From the NCBI GenBank assembly GCA_965178125.1, contig OZ237747.1, positions 124,001 through 188,000 of the forward strand: a stretch of 64,000 nucleotides of DNA, read 5' to 3'. Below are positions 62,911 to 64,000 of this stretch, piece by piece. Each line of letters starts with the position of its first letter. Position 1 is the first letter of the stretch. This stretch comes from Bilabrum cf. latius. Taxonomy: Eukaryota. The notes under the pieces were generated by a model. That model was given only the letters and a program-made list of their open reading frames with translations. It was not told the origin of the DNA and searched no databases. The position numbers and the translations under genes are program-made.

Positions 62911-64000
62911 TCATGAGCCCCCGGCACCCCCTTTAGCTGCGCCACTGCCAGCCGATCCGGATGCGCCTTTCCCCCCGCGGAAGACTCTGAGACTGAACAC
63001 GTCGAAGGCGTTCACTACTATATGCACGTCGCCAGCCGCGTCCTTATGGAATTGTACGCCAGTCAAAGGGTGGTCGGACACTTCGCATCGGAAGGCCACG
63101 CTCAGCTTGACGCTGCCATCCGCGGCGGGGTCCACCCTCCATACGAGCAGGACGGCGTCCTCTGAAGTGGTCGCAAAAAGGGGCTCGCTGGGGTGTGACG
63201 TCACCGCTGTCACACACCTGCAGTGTGCATCGGCCTTGGCCAGCAGCTTGCCCCGCTTTGCACATGCCACGCGCACCTGCCCCGCGACGTCGGCCACCAG
63301 CAGCGTGCTCCCTTGCAGCGCCACCCCGGCGGCAGGCGCCCCCGTCGGGCTCTTGATGGACGCCAGCACAGAAGGGTGTCCGGCATCTACCATATTCCAG
63401 ATCGCCAAGGTGCCATCCTCGTCGCAAGACGCCAGCAGCTGCTGCCCCGACCCGTCCGTACCAGCTGCAATGCCAACCACTGGAGCCTCGTGACCGCCAG
63501 CCAATACCCGCTGCTGCTTAATCACCGGGGCTTCCCCGTCGCCAAATGCAACGGAAAACTCGAATACGCTGCCTGTGGAAGAGCCAATGTAGATCAAGCC
63601 AGCAGAGGCGTTGTACGCGATGCCGGCGCAGAATGCCGCGCGCCGGCCGCTCGCACCAGTCAAGCTTGCAGGAATAACGAAGGAGTGCGCAAGTCTGCTA
63701 TTGAGCCAAAACTATGCACCCTGGGACATCGCAACGACAAGGATGTTCTTGCCCCCGATCGGACAGAAGCACGTTTGGGAGACACCGCCTCTGTGCGGAG
63801 ACGACGGCAGTTTCGTAGAAGAGGCTGTTCGGCTCTCGTCCCCGATGTGCTCGCTCGAAATTTTGTGAACCTAATTGTCATGCACGAATGCCTGCGGTCG
63901 GTGCCATTGAATCAACTCAGCGCAGATTGCCTGTATGCGGCAGCGTGACTACAGTTGCACAGGTGGATTGACCCGACTTACCAGCTCTGAGTCCGATATT
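62911..64000 (-). CDS. WD40-repeat protein, WDR54-like; 5'-partial, intron 63892..63981
   Basis: ILVVAMSQGA[TAG]FW, AFCAGIA, IYIGSSTGSV, GHEAPV, LASCDEDGTLAIW, AHCRCVTAV, FATTSEDAVLLVW. TAG at 63871 and 63712; 90-nt GTAAG...CGCAG intron; stop TGA. Confidence 0.75.

Noticed and set aside
1-64000. Interpreting the interrupted genes as pseudogenes or sequencing errors
   Set aside because: Interruptions are exclusively TAG, never TAA, TGA or frameshifts, on both strands, and catalytic motifs are largely intact; random decay or error would not be codon-specific.
1-64000. Pyrrolysine, selenocysteine or programmed readthrough as the explanation
   Set aside because: TAGs are numerous, sometimes tandem, context-free and sit in Gln-like positions; no pyl genes are present and no in-frame TGA was seen.
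1-64000. Ciliate-type code 6 (UAA and UAG both Gln), or a code-15 phage/prokaryote origin
   Set aside because: TAA terminates the SDR at its expected C-terminus and is absent in frame; spliceosomal introns and Rab, HECT, TBC and GCP genes show a eukaryotic nuclear source.

Overview
GC-rich, gene-dense eukaryotic nuclear DNA with short GT-AG introns; a heterotrophic protist is likely, possibly a bicosoecid-like stramenopile, but that is a guess. The fragmented ORF track comes from the wrong genetic code. Consecutive fragments share one frame and are separated only by TAG. Reading TAG as sense (very probably Gln; equivalent to NCBI table 15) gives about 20 intact genes. By manual count about 98 in-frame TAGs occur in 16 of them, with no in-frame TAA or TGA in any modelled exon. 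18 genes end in TGA and 2 in TAA, so UAG appears reassigned while UAA stays a stop, a rare uncoupled nuclear code. The genes are: a giant TBC/RabGAP, a secreted 2OG-Fe(II) oxygenase, a HECT E3, a YeeE/YedE transporter, FolD, an SPFH protein, HisD, a triple-WW protein, an M6P-receptor-like protein, a GH55/pectate-lyase-3-like enzyme, an SDR, a gamma-tubulin complex protein, a RAD5/16-family SNF2 ATPase fused to a RAD7-like BC-box/LRR module, a ~3,640-aa double-domain cyclase with swapped C1/C2 roles, an EF-hand protein, a Rab5-like GTPase, a TMEM18-like protein, two unknowns and a WDR54-like gene. Two minisatellites and one microsatellite are present. No tRNA, rRNA, CRISPR array or mobile element was recognised. 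All models and counts are manual.
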